61,985 nt of DNA from Acidimicrobiia bacterium (GTDB lineage: Bacteria > Actinomycetota > Acidimicrobiia > IMCC26256 > PALSA-555): positions 1-61,985 of the forward strand of contig JBBQFJ010000002.1 of the NCBI GenBank assembly GCA_038321755.1, read 5' to 3'. Every line of letters begins with the position of its first letter. The stretch's first letter is position 1. Under the pieces are notes generated by a model. That model was not told where the DNA came from and made no database searches. It saw only the letters and a program-made list of their open reading frames with translations. The position numbers and the translations under genes are program-made. Of the stretch, positions 54,331-61,985 are shown in pieces.

Positions 54331-55176
54331 TCAGGCAGTCGCGTGCACGATCCAGACCGAGCCGGTCATGCGGATGCCCTCGTCGGTCGCGAAGGGCGCT
54401 ACCGCTTCGCGCATCGCGGCGAGTGCGCGCACACGCGTCTCGCCCGTCACGTCGCCGAGGATCCCGCGCGCGAACCGGTTGTTGCACATGAACTCGAACG
54501 CGTCGTCGAAGGTCGCCGGGCCACCGACGAGCAATGGCGCGTCGACCGATTCGCTGCTCGTGTCGGTGAAGCCGGCTCGCTCGAGCGCACCCGCCAGGGA
54601 GCCCGGCTCGCCGAAGCGGAAGGGCCCCGGCGTGTCCGGGCCGGGCAGCTCCGGCGCGGGGAGGTGCTGCAGCAGCGCGCCGTTGGGGACGAACACCCAC
54701 TCGTTCTCGAACAAGGTCCGCCAGCACGCGAACGTGATCCGTGCACCGGGAGCCATGGTCGCGCGGATGTTCGTGAAGGCCGCGACCGAGTCGGCGAAGA
54801 ACATGATGCCGAACCGGCTGATGGCAGCGTCGTAGGGGCCGCCCAATGGGTCGGTCTGTGCGTCCGCGACCGTGAAGGTCGCGTTGGCGACGCCGCCCGA
54901 TGCGGCGCGCGCGCGAGCGTTCTCGAGCATGGGTGCCGAGAGGTCGACGCCGGTCGCCGCGCCGTCACCGACGAGCCCCGCCGCGGCCAACGTGGTGATC
55001 CCGTTGCCACACCCGATGTCGAGCACTTGGTCGCCGGCGCCGAGTGCCGCAGCCCCGAGCAGGAGGTCGGCGAACGGCGCCAGCATCCCGTCGTAGCGCT
55101 CCGCCTCGTCGACCCATTCACGCGAGTCCGCACCGTTCCAGAACTCGCGCATCTCCGCGTTGGCGTCACTGCCCAT
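54331..55176 (-). CDS. class I SAM-dependent methyltransferase
   Basis: VLDIGCGNG motif and a Methyltransf_11/25-like layout. Confidence 0.8.
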   Translation of the reverse strand: MGSDANAEMREFWNGADSREWVDEAERYDGMLAPFADLLLGAAALGAGDQVLDIGCGNGITTLAAAGLVGDGAATGVDLSAPMLENARARAASGGVANATFTVADAQTDPLGGPYDAAISRFGIMFFADSVAAFTNIRATMAPGARITFACWRTLFENEWVFVPNGALLQHLPAPELPGPDTPGPFRFGEPGSLAGALERAGFTDTSSESVDAPLLVGGPATFDDAFEFMCNNRFARGILGDVTGETRVRALAAMREAVAPFATDEGIRMTGSVWIVHATA

Positions 55177-55211
55177 GGGCGGAGCGTAGAACCTCGAGAG
55201 CAGGGGTTCGA

Positions 55212-55829
55212 CTACGTGAGTGAGAGGTCGATCGTCCGTGCCTTCTCGAAGCGCGCCGCGACGTCCGGCCAGCTCACCAGCTCCCAGAAGGCGTCGACCC
55301 ACTCGGCCTTCCGGTTCTCGTACTGCAGGTAGTAGGCGTGCTCCCACATGTCGAGCACGAGGAGGGGCGGCCCGCCCTGCCCGACGTTGCCCTGGTGGTC
55401 GTAGATCTGCTCGACGATCAGCCGCCCGCCGAGCGGCTCCCACGAGAGGGCGGCCCAGCCCGAGCCCTGCACGGCGGTGGCGGCCTCGGACAGCTGCGCC
55501 TTGCACTCGTCGAAGCTCCCGAGCTTGTCGTCGATCGCGGCGGCGAGCTCGCCCTCGGGCATGCCGCCACCGTCGGGCGACAGGTTGCGCCACAAGGTCG
55601 AGTGCAGGATGTGGCCCGAGAGGTGGAAGGCGAGGTTCTTCTCGAGCTGGTTGATCGTCCCGAAGTCGCCGCTGCTGCGCGCCTGCGAGAGCTTGTCGAG
55701 GACCGCGTTCGCCCCGTCGACGTACGCCTTGTGGTGCTTGTCGTGGTGGAGCTCGAGGATCCGGGCCGAGAGGTGGGGCTCGAGCGCGGAGTAGTCGTAG
55801 CCGAGCTCGGGGAGCGTGTACTGCGCCAT
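55212..55829 (-). CDS. sodA: Fe/Mn superoxide dismutase
   Basis: [28 protein letters not shown] and DMWEHAYYL. Confidence 0.95.
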   Translation of the reverse strand: MAQYTLPELGYDYSALEPHLSARILELHHDKHHKAYVDGANAVLDKLSQARSSGDFGTINQLEKNLAFHLSGHILHSTLWRNLSPDGGGMPEGELAAAIDDKLGSFDECKAQLSEAATAVQGSGWAALSWEPLGGRLIVEQIYDHQGNVGQGGPPLLVLDMWEHAYYLQYENRKAEWVDAFWELVSWPDVAARFEKARTIDLSLT

Positions 55830-55904
55830 GGGGTTGGTCCTTCCGTGTCTCTGCGTCTGCTGCATCCGTTCTACCCGAGGCGATCCGCTGGTAACCTGAT
55901 CCCG

Positions 55905-56423
55905 ATGTCGGAGCCGCGACGCCGACGTGCTGACGTCATCCTCGATCCCGCGTACTTGGAGGGTCTCTCCGACAAGTCGCTCGAAGATGTTCGGGCCATG
56001 CACGACGAGTGCTTCGAGGTCGAGACCGAGCTCTCCTTCGTCCGACGTCTTGCCCAGGGGCGGATCGACATCATGACCGCCGAGCTCGAGCGCCGCGCGT
56101 CGGGGGGATCGATAGCGGATCTCGTCGCGGCGCTCCCGGAGATCCTGACCGATCCGCACCCGCGCTCAGACCCGGCCTCCAGTCGTCTTCCTCGCCATCT
56201 CGCACCGGCGCCGGCCATCGAGTGGAAGCGCGGGCTCGAGCACCTGATCACCGACGCGACCCTGTTGAACCTCCCGACGCTTCCCGACGACGAGGTGCGC
56301 GAGCGGATGGTGAAGCTTCGTGAGCTCGAGCAGGAGACGTCCGGACGTCGCCGATCGCTGAATGCGGTGATCGACCTGCTCGACGCGGAGATCGCCTCGC
56401 GGCACGCGCTCGGCCGTTCCTGA
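55905..56423 (+). CDS. RsiG-like coiled-coil protein (putative c-di-GMP-binding anti-sigma factor)
   Basis: E40-x3-S-x2-R-x3-Q-x3-D55 matches the RsiG signature exactly ([16 protein letters not shown]). A second copy at E142-D157 has Q replaced by N. Confidence 0.6.
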   Translation: MSEPRRRRADVILDPAYLEGLSDKSLEDVRAMHDECFEVETELSFVRRLAQGRIDIMTAELERRASGGSIADLVAALPEILTDPHPRSDPASSRLPRHLAPAPAIEWKRGLEHLITDATLLNLPTLPDDEVRERMVKLRELEQETSGRRRSLNAVIDLLDAEIASRHALGRS

Positions 56424-56438
56424 CCGTCGGCTCGGGCA

Positions 56439-56831
56439 GTGACCGACACGATCGAGCAGCGGCTCCACGACCTGGGTGAGTTCATCCGGGACCAGCGGCA
56501 CAGCGCGAGCCTCTCGATGCGCAAGCTCAGTGAGCTCGCCGGGATCTCCAACCCGTACCTGAGTCAGATCGAGCGTGGGCTCCGAAAGCCGAGTGCCGAG
56601 ATCCTCCAACAGATCGCGAACGGTCTGCGCATCTCGGCCGAGACCCTCTACGTGCGAGCCGGGTTCCTGGAGCAGCGCGACGAGGCGGTGCCCGATCTCG
56701 AGCACGAGATCCGACGGGATCCGACCCTGTCGGATCGGCAGAAGGACGTGCTCCTCGAGGTCTACCGCTCGTTCCGGTCCGACGATCGGGACCAGCGAGC
56801 CGAGGGCAAGCCGGATCGCGCCGACCAGTAG
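56439..56831 (+). CDS. XRE-family helix-turn-helix transcriptional regulator
   Basis: LSMRKLSELAGISNPYLSQIERGLRKPS. GTG start. Confidence 0.85.
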   Translation: MTDTIEQRLHDLGEFIRDQRHSASLSMRKLSELAGISNPYLSQIERGLRKPSAEILQQIANGLRISAETLYVRAGFLEQRDEAVPDLEHEIRRDPTLSDRQKDVLLEVYRSFRSDDRDQRAEGKPDRADQ

Positions 56832-56844
56832 GATTGTGCTTCCT

Positions 56845-58074
56845 ATGTCCGTGCGCCGCGTTGCAATGCTCAGCGTGCACACGTCGCCATTCGCCCAACC
56901 GGGGACCGGCGACGGCGGAGGCATGAACGTCTACGTCAGCTCCCTCGCCTCGGCGTTGGCCGCGGCCGGGGTCGAGTGCGACGTGCTCACCCGAGCCGAG
57001 CACCCCGGCCAGGACAAGATCATCGAGGTCGAGCCCGGGTTCCGGGTGGTGCACCTCGATGCGGGCCCCACCTCCCCAGTCGGCAAAGGAGAGCTGCTCG
57101 GTCTCCTCGACGAGCTCGTGGACGCCGCACGGGCGCATCTCACGAGCATCGCCGAGCCGTTCGACGCGCTGCACTCCCACTACTGGATCTCCGGCGCGGT
57201 GGGTCACCGCCTGAAGCACGAGCTCGATCTTCCGTTGGTCGGAACGTTCCACACGCTCGCTCGCACGAAGGTCGCGGCCGGGATCGAGGATGATCCGCAC
57301 GACCGGTTCCGCATCGAGAGCGAAACGATCGCGTGTCTCGATCGCATGATCGCGTCCACGGCCGACGAGCGTTCCGAGCTGATCAGCGCGTACGACGCCG
57401 ATCCGGAGCGGATCGAGGTCATCGCACCAGGGGTCGACCACGCCATGTTCTCGCCGGGCGATGCCGCGGCGGCCCGACGTCGTCTCGACCTCCCCACCGA
57501 CCGCCCGGTCCTGCTGTTCGTCGGTCGCATCCAGGCGCTCAAGGGCGTCGACGTCGCGATCCGCTGCTTGGCGTCGATGGAGGACACCCGAGCGATCCTC
57601 GCGATCGTGGGCGGCCCGAGCGGGGCCGAAGGTGACGCCGAGGTGCGCAGGTTGCACGCACTCGCGAGCGAGCTCGGCGTCGACGACCGCATCCGCTGGG
57701 AGTCGCCGCAGCCGCACCCGGCCCTCGCCGACTGGTACCGAGCCGCCGACGTCTGTCTCATGCCGTCGCGGACCGAGTCGTTCGGCCTGGTCGCGCTCGA
57801 AGCTGCCGCGTGCGGCACCCCGGTCGTCGGGGCGAAGGTCGGCGGCCTGTGCTCGCTCATCGACGACGGTCACACCGGGTTCCTCGTCGACGGACGCGAC
57901 GGTCACGACTTCGCAGTGCCGGTCGAGCGTCTGCTCGCAGACGCAGGGCTCGCGGCCGACATGGGCGTGAATGCGGCGGCACGTTCGCGTCGCTACACGT
58001 GGAGCATGACCGCCGCGCGCTTGCGACGGGTGTACGCCGACCTGGCCGCACGCGACCTCGTCTCCTGCACCTGA
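56845..58074 (+). CDS. mshA: D-inositol-3-phosphate glycosyltransferase (mycothiol biosynthesis)
   Basis: VAMLSVHTSPFAQPGTGDGGGMNVYV N-terminus, GT4 fold and E-x7-E region (PSRTESFGLVALEAAACGTPVV). Confidence 0.9.
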   Translation: MSVRRVAMLSVHTSPFAQPGTGDGGGMNVYVSSLASALAAAGVECDVLTRAEHPGQDKIIEVEPGFRVVHLDAGPTSPVGKGELLGLLDELVDAARAHLTSIAEPFDALHSHYWISGAVGHRLKHELDLPLVGTFHTLARTKVAAGIEDDPHDRFRIESETIACLDRMIASTADERSELISAYDADPERIEVIAPGVDHAMFSPGDAAAARRRLDLPTDRPVLLFVGRIQALKGVDVAIRCLASMEDTRAILAIVGGPSGAEGDAEVRRLHALASELGVDDRIRWESPQPHPALADWYRAADVCLMPSRTESFGLVALEAAACGTPVVGAKVGGLCSLIDDGHTGFLVDGRDGHDFAVPVERLLADAGLAADMGVNAAARSRRYTWSMTAARLRRVYADLAARDLVSCT

Positions 58075-58094
58075 CCAGTGCACGCGCACGAGGA

Positions 58095-58643
58095 GTGAGC
58101 GGGAACGATCCGCTCGAGCTCGCGGCGCGCGAGCGAGCGGCGCACGACCTGCTCGCAACCCACCTCGAAGGTCCGGTCGCGGCCGAGCCCTGGATCCAGA
58201 CCGTCGAGTACGACCCGGAGCTCCGACGGTGGTACGTCCGCTTCGGCTGTGACGCACGCGACGCAACCACGATCTACTTCGACCTGCACCAACGCACCCT
58301 GCGCTTCGAGGTGTACTTCCTCCCTGACCCACCCGCGCTCCCTGACCCACCCGCGCACGCGACGAACCACCTCGATCTCTACCGCTACCTGCTCCAGCGC
58401 AACCACGAGCTCTACGCAGCGCGCTTCTCGATCGGACCGGACGGCGACGTCTACCTCACCGGTCGCGTCGCGCTGGAGCACCTCACCGTCGAGGAGCTCG
58501 ACCGCGTGCTCGGCGTGCTCTACGAGATCGTCGACCGCACGTTCCCGACCGCGGTCCGCATCGCCTACCCGCGTGCCGCGGCCCGGCGTGCGACACCCGA
58601 CGACGCGCCGCGTGCCGAAGGTGGCGACCCAGACGGCGGTTGA
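58095..58643 (+). CDS. YbjN-domain protein
   Basis: The mshA-ybjN pairing is typical of Actinobacteria. WYVRFGCD...TIYFDLHQRTLRFEVYF. The GTG start abuts AGGAG, so the start is uncertain. Confidence 0.65.
   Translation: MSGNDPLELAARERAAHDLLATHLEGPVAAEPWIQTVEYDPELRRWYVRFGCDARDATTIYFDLHQRTLRFEVYFLPDPPALPDPPAHATNHLDLYRYLLQRNHELYAARFSIGPDGDVYLTGRVALEHLTVEELDRVLGVLYEIVDRTFPTAVRIAYPRAAARRATPDDAPRAEGGDPDGG
58322..58357. repeat. 18-bp in-frame tandem duplication x2 inside the ybjN-like gene
   Basis: CCCTGACCCACCCGCGC(T/A) x2, encoding PDPPAL PDPPAH. Confidence 0.95.
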
Positions 58644-58676
58644 TCGTCACCGCAACGCGCGCGACGATGCCTCCTC

Positions 58677-58692
58677 GGCACCGACGGGTGCC
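58677..58692 (+). terminator. short GC hairpin after the ybjN-like gene
   Basis: GGCACC-GACG-GGTGCC, 34 nt after the stop codon. No U-tract. Confidence 0.3.
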
Positions 58693-58832
58693 GATTGCAG
58701 TGGGCCCGAGGTGCAGGGTGGCGAGTCCCGTTCGGGGAAGTGCGGGGCGAGTCCGAGCGTTCCTCGGGCCCGCTCGCGTGACCAGCCAACTGGAACACCC
58801 CGATTCGAGCAGGACGGTTAGCCTCGTGTCGC

Positions 58833-59633
58833 ATGTCGACCCTCGCGCTGCTCGGTGGCGGTCGGATGGGCGAGGCGCTCGTGCGCGGTCTGCTCGATTC
58901 GGGATGGGACGCCGACGCGCTCGCGGTCGCGGAGGTCGACGCCGACCGTCGTCGTGACCTCGAGCTGCAGTTCCCCGGGATCCGGGTCGCGCCGAGCCCG
59001 GCGTGGGCAGTCGCGGATGCCGACGTCGTGATCGTCGCGGTGAAGCCCGGCGACGCACGGGGTGCGCTGGAGCAGAGCCTCCCGAGCCTGGCGGCCGACA
59101 CGCTCATCGTGTCAATCGCTGCCGGCGTGCGGATCGCGACCCTCGAGGCCGCGGCACCGGGTCGCCCCGTCGTGCGCGCGATGCCGAACACGCCCGCCGT
59201 CGTGCGCCGAGCCGCGACGGCGATCGCGGGCGGGGCGCACACCACGGAGGATCATCTGGCGACCGCCGAACGCATCCTCGGCGCGGTGGGGATCGTCGTC
59301 CGGGTCCCGGAATCACATCTGGATGCGGTCACCGCGTTGTCGGGATCGGGGCCGGCCTACGTGTTCCTCATCGCCGAGGCGCTCACCGATGCCGGCGTCC
59401 TCGCCGGGTTGCCCCGCCCCGTGGCAGATGCCCTGACCCGCGAGACGCTGCTCGGCGCGGCCACCCTCCTGGCCGAGGGCGAGCAGCCCGAGCAGCTCCG
59501 GGCCGCCGTCACCTCACCCGGAGGGACGACGGCGGCCGGATTGCACGTGCTCGAGTCCCACGGGGTCCGGGCCGCGATCCTCGACGCAGTGCTCGCAGCC
59601 GCGGCCCGCTCGCGGGAGCTCGGCGAAGGATGA
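58833..59633 (+). CDS. proC: pyrroline-5-carboxylate reductase
   Basis: LLGGGRMGEAL, MPNTPA, SGSGPAYVF and TSPGGTT motifs. Confidence 0.95.
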   Translation: MSTLALLGGGRMGEALVRGLLDSGWDADALAVAEVDADRRRDLELQFPGIRVAPSPAWAVADADVVIVAVKPGDARGALEQSLPSLAADTLIVSIAAGVRIATLEAAAPGRPVVRAMPNTPAVVRRAATAIAGGAHTTEDHLATAERILGAVGIVVRVPESHLDAVTALSGSGPAYVFLIAEALTDAGVLAGLPRPVADALTRETLLGAATLLAEGEQPEQLRAAVTSPGGTTAAGLHVLESHGVRAAILDAVLAAAARSRELGEG

Positions 59634-60493
59634 CCCGCCGCAACCGGAGCAAGCGCCCGCCGCGCCTCGACCCGCTGCCGCGAGCGACGGCCGCGTCGGC
59701 CCCGGCACCACCGACCCGGCGTCGGCTCCTGGTGGCCGCGCACGTCGCCGGTCCGCACGCGCGCCTGGGTCGCAGCGAGGTCGCCGGAGTGCTCGGGCGG
59801 CTCGTCGCCGGGCACCCCGACGCGACCTTCGGTCTCGATCTCGGGCGGATCACCAGGGACGAGGCGTGGGCCGCCGTCGATGCGTGTTGGGGGTACGACG
59901 GCGACCAGCCGCGAGCGCAGATCCAGCCGGAGTGCACGCTGCGGGGTCTCGACGATGCTGCTGAGCGTCTGCGCGCGGTCGTGGCAGCCGGTGGTCGTGT
60001 CGCACTCGCGACCGGACGACCAGCGTCGCTCCTCGGCCTGTACCGCGCACTCGCCGCGCACCTCGCGGACGCGGGCGCCGAGGTCCTCGCCTTCGAGGCG
60101 TTCGGTCCCTACGCGGGCAACCGGTCGATCTGGTGGAGCGACCGGGTCGCGGTCGTCACCGATGGCGGCGGGATCCTGGCCGACGATGGCGTCGCGGCCG
60201 GTGAGGAGTGGCTCTTCGCGGTCGGCCGACCGGACCTCGTCGTCGCCGATCGCGGCTTCGCTGCCGCGGCACTCGCCGCGGGGCACGAGACGGTGACCTT
60301 TGCCGACCTCGATGCGGCGGTGTTCGGGGTGGCGGCGCGCCGTGGGCTCCCGGTCCGCCTGGTGCCCCTCGATGAGCGTCGCCCCCCGGAGGCCTACGCC
60401 CCGATCGTGGCTGCGCTCACAGCCCCTCCGCCACACTCGACAACTCCTGCACCGCGCGCCTACTCTCTGCCCGAGAGCGGGGGAGAGGGGTGA
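59630..60493 (+). CDS. conserved hypothetical protein translationally coupled to proC
   Basis: ATGA overlap with the proC stop and GTGA overlap with the next gene. Basic N-terminus. No domain recognised. Confidence 0.6.
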   Translation: MTRRNRSKRPPRLDPLPRATAASAPAPPTRRRLLVAAHVAGPHARLGRSEVAGVLGRLVAGHPDATFGLDLGRITRDEAWAAVDACWGYDGDQPRAQIQPECTLRGLDDAAERLRAVVAAGGRVALATGRPASLLGLYRALAAHLADAGAEVLAFEAFGPYAGNRSIWWSDRVAVVTDGGGILADDGVAAGEEWLFAVGRPDLVVADRGFAAAALAAGHETVTFADLDAAVFGVAARRGLPVRLVPLDERRPPEAYAPIVAALTAPPPHSTTPAPRAYSLPESGGEG

Positions 60494-60693
60494 GCCGCGT
60501 GGCGCAGTCCTTTGCGAAGGCGCGCTTCCTGACAGTGCAGGAAGTAGCAGACATGCTGCGGGTGTCGTCGATGACGGTGTACCGCTTGATCAAGGCGGGA
60601 GATCTGCCGGCCGTTCGCGTCGGAAGGTCGTTCCGAGTGCGCGACACCGACGTCGACGGCTACCTCGCGTCCCGGTTCACCCAGGCGGGCTAG
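60490..60693 (+). CDS. excisionase-family helix-turn-helix DNA-binding protein
   Basis: FLTVQEVADMLRVSSMTVYRLIKAGDLPAVRVGRSFRV. Position next to proC is conserved in Actinobacteria. Confidence 0.85.
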   Translation: MSRVAQSFAKARFLTVQEVADMLRVSSMTVYRLIKAGDLPAVRVGRSFRVRDTDVDGYLASRFTQAG

Positions 60694-60738
60694 TCCGCCC
60701 AGGCGGGCGAGGAGCCCTCGGGCTACTACCTTGGCGAC

Positions 60739-61551
60739 GTGCCCCGCCCCGTCGCGTTCCTGACCGACTACGGGCTGCGCGACGAGTTCGTCGGGGTGTG
60801 CAAGGGAGTGATGCTGGGCATCGCCCCCGACCTGACGATCATCGACCTCACCCACGAGCTCGAGCCCCACGACGTCCGGGGTGGCGCGCTGGCCCTGGTG
60901 CGCTCGGTGCAGTACCTGCCTGAGGCGTCGGTGGTGCTCGCGGTCGTCGATCCGGGCGTCGGGACGGATCGGCGGCTCCTCGCGGTCGAGACCGAGGTCG
61001 CGACACTCCTCGGACCCGACAACGGGTTGCTCGCTCCTGCCGTGGCCATGCTCGGTGGCGCCGGGCGGGTCGTCTCGATCACCAGTGAGGAGCACCGTCT
61101 CCTCGCTCCCGGGCCGACGTTCGCGGGTCGCGACGTGCTCGCGCCAGCGGCGGCCTCCCTCGCGACCGCGACTCCCCTCGAGGCCCTCGGGGACCCGGTC
61201 GATCCGGCGACTCTCGTGCCCGGGCTCCTGGGCCTCCCGAACGTCACGGACAGTGGCGCACTCGATGCCGAGGTTTGGTGGATCGACCGGTTCGGCAACT
61301 GCCAGCTCAACGTCGGGCCCGAGGAGCTCGTCGCCCTCGGCGCCGAGCCCGGCGGCCTGATCCAGGTCGAGGCGGGCGACCGGGCGAAGTCGGCTCGCTG
61401 GGTGCACACCTACGCCGACGCCAAGCCGTCCGAGCTGGTGGTCGTCGTCGACTCCTACGGGCTCTGCTCGCTCGCCCTCGATCGTCGCTCCGCCGCCGCG
61501 GAGTACGGCCTCCACTCGGGTTCCGGCGTCACGCTCACCCCGCCCCCCTAG
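60739..61551 (+). CDS. SAM hydroxide adenosyltransferase / chlorinase-fluorinase family (DUF62) protein
   Basis: VAFLTDYGLRDEFVGVCKGVM and VVDPGVGTDRR motifs. GTG start. Confidence 0.85.
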   Translation: MPRPVAFLTDYGLRDEFVGVCKGVMLGIAPDLTIIDLTHELEPHDVRGGALALVRSVQYLPEASVVLAVVDPGVGTDRRLLAVETEVATLLGPDNGLLAPAVAMLGGAGRVVSITSEEHRLLAPGPTFAGRDVLAPAAASLATATPLEALGDPVDPATLVPGLLGLPNVTDSGALDAEVWWIDRFGNCQLNVGPEELVALGAEPGGLIQVEAGDRAKSARWVHTYADAKPSELVVVVDSYGLCSLALDRRSAAAEYGLHSGSGVTLTPPP

Positions 61552-61560
61552 GCCGCCAAG

Positions 61561-61606
61561 CCCGAGCGCCCATCCCGGAAACGCCCGAGCGCCCATCCCG
61601 GAAGAG
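61561..61606. repeat. 23-bp tandem duplication x2
   Basis: CCCGAGCGCCCATCCCGGAA(ACG/GAG) x2. It lies between the DUF62 stop and the Shine-Dalgarno of the small ORF. Confidence 0.95.
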
Positions 61607-61619
61607 AAGGAGCACCGCC

Positions 61620-61712
61620 GTGCGACCAGGCACCACGATCGCCATCGTCATCCTGCTGGTGCTGATCCTGGGCGCCGCGTTCGCCCAGTTCGTACTCCGG
61701 TTGAGCCCGTGA
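61620..61712 (+). CDS. 30-aa hydrophobic small protein
   Basis: AAGGAG Shine-Dalgarno (61607-61612) 7 nt before the GTG. VRPGTTIAIVILLVLILGAAFAQFVLRLSP forms one TM helix. High GC3. Confidence 0.45.
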   Translation: MRPGTTIAIVILLVLILGAAFAQFVLRLSP

Positions 61713-61799
61713 CGCCCTGCCATGGGGGCTGGGGTAAAGGCCAGGGAAAATCTCACTCTCCGTGGTTGATGAGCCTCAAGGAGGGTGCAGCCCGCGACG

Positions 61800-61931
61800 A
61801 TGCGAGAGAAGATCCGGTTCGCGGGCGTGGGTAACGTGATCGTCACCGAGCAATCGGGGACGGTCACCGGCCTCCCAGCCCGCCCCAAGGCCCACGTCCG
61901 CGGCCGGCTCCTTCTACGATCCCCCGCGTGA
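61800..61931 (+). CDS. possible 43-aa small ORF
   Basis: ATG..TGA with GC3 near the level of real genes (MREKIRFAGVGNVIVTEQSG...). AAGGAG lies 16 nt upstream, a long spacing. No homology recognised. Confidence 0.25.
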   Translation: MREKIRFAGVGNVIVTEQSGTVTGLPARPKAHVRGRLLLRSPA

Positions 61932-61944
61932 ACCTCCCCGCCCT

Positions 61945-61985
61945 TGATCGGCCTCCTGTGATCGGCCTCCTGTTGATCGGCCTCC
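61945..61985. repeat. 14/15-bp tandem repeat, at least 3 copies, running off the window edge
   Basis: TGATCGGCCTCCTG / TGATCGGCCTCCTGT / TGATCGGCCTCC... Confidence 0.9.

Noticed and set aside
58640-58957. 105-aa plus-strand ORF bridging the intergenic region and the proC 5' end (possible small basic ribosomal-type protein).
   Set aside because: It is out of frame with proC and overlaps it, its translation is Arg-rich shadow-type, and it does not resemble the bS22-type peptide expected in this neighbourhood.
61535-61888. 117-aa minus-strand ORF at the window end.
   Set aside because: It overlaps the well-supported small plus-strand ORF and the end of the DUF62 gene. It has no motif and the compositional character of a shadow ORF.

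Overview
Very GC-rich, gene-dense chromosomal segment with strong GC3 codon bias. It looks actinobacterial: mshA (mycothiol), a BldC-type regulator, an RsiG-like protein and a tRNA Glu-Asp-Phe cluster are all present. I support about 75 CDS and 4 tRNAs. I see no rRNA, CRISPR, transposase, integrase, prophage or recognisable defence genes. Many neighbouring genes overlap as ATGA/GTGA, which suggests translational coupling.

Gene order:
- purL'-purF-purM-bldC, then tRNA-Phe/Asp/Glu (minus strand).
- Secreted protein, methyltransferase and a peptidoglycan-binding lipoprotein, then tRNA-Lys.
- DsbA-like protein, then an Lrp/aminotransferase/alanine dehydrogenase operon facing an FAD oxidase.
- bioA-bioF-bioD, then thiolase/DUF35/epimerase.
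- CoxMSL-type molybdenum hydroxylase.
- A second amine-catabolism block (aminotransferase, aldehyde dehydrogenase) facing potADBC, an APC permease and a universal stress protein.
- HIT protein, membrane GT2 synthase, SDRs, a duplicated Zn-metallopeptidase and an M23 peptidase.
- TroA/Znu-type metal ABC importer.
- A metal/copper-redox island: YcnI-like, CDF exporter, unknown His-rich membrane protein, ECF sigma, anti-sigma, CopC-CopD fusion, DsbB-like, TlpA-like, Fur/Zur-like.
- SirB1-like, LON-N, small acidic protein and MoaD.
- sodA, RsiG-like, XRE regulator, mshA, ybjN, proC, excisionase-like HTH and a SAM hydroxide adenosyltransferase.

Best candidates for something undescribed:
1. The copper-redox island is built around a divergently arranged ECF sigma/anti-sigma pair. 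The sigma gene is translationally coupled to an unassignable polytopic membrane protein with a predicted N-terminal-His mature end.
2. An identical bipartite DNA motif (GCAAGGGAATCCGT-N19-CACGGAATCC) sits in the two amine-catabolism divergent promoter regions, 16 kb apart.
3. Short tandem duplications (11-26 bp, 2-6 copies) are unusually frequent, and several span stop or start codons.
4. An RsiG-like protein carries an exact c-di-GMP-binding signature.

All start codons were chosen by eye and functions come from motif recognition only. No searches were run.
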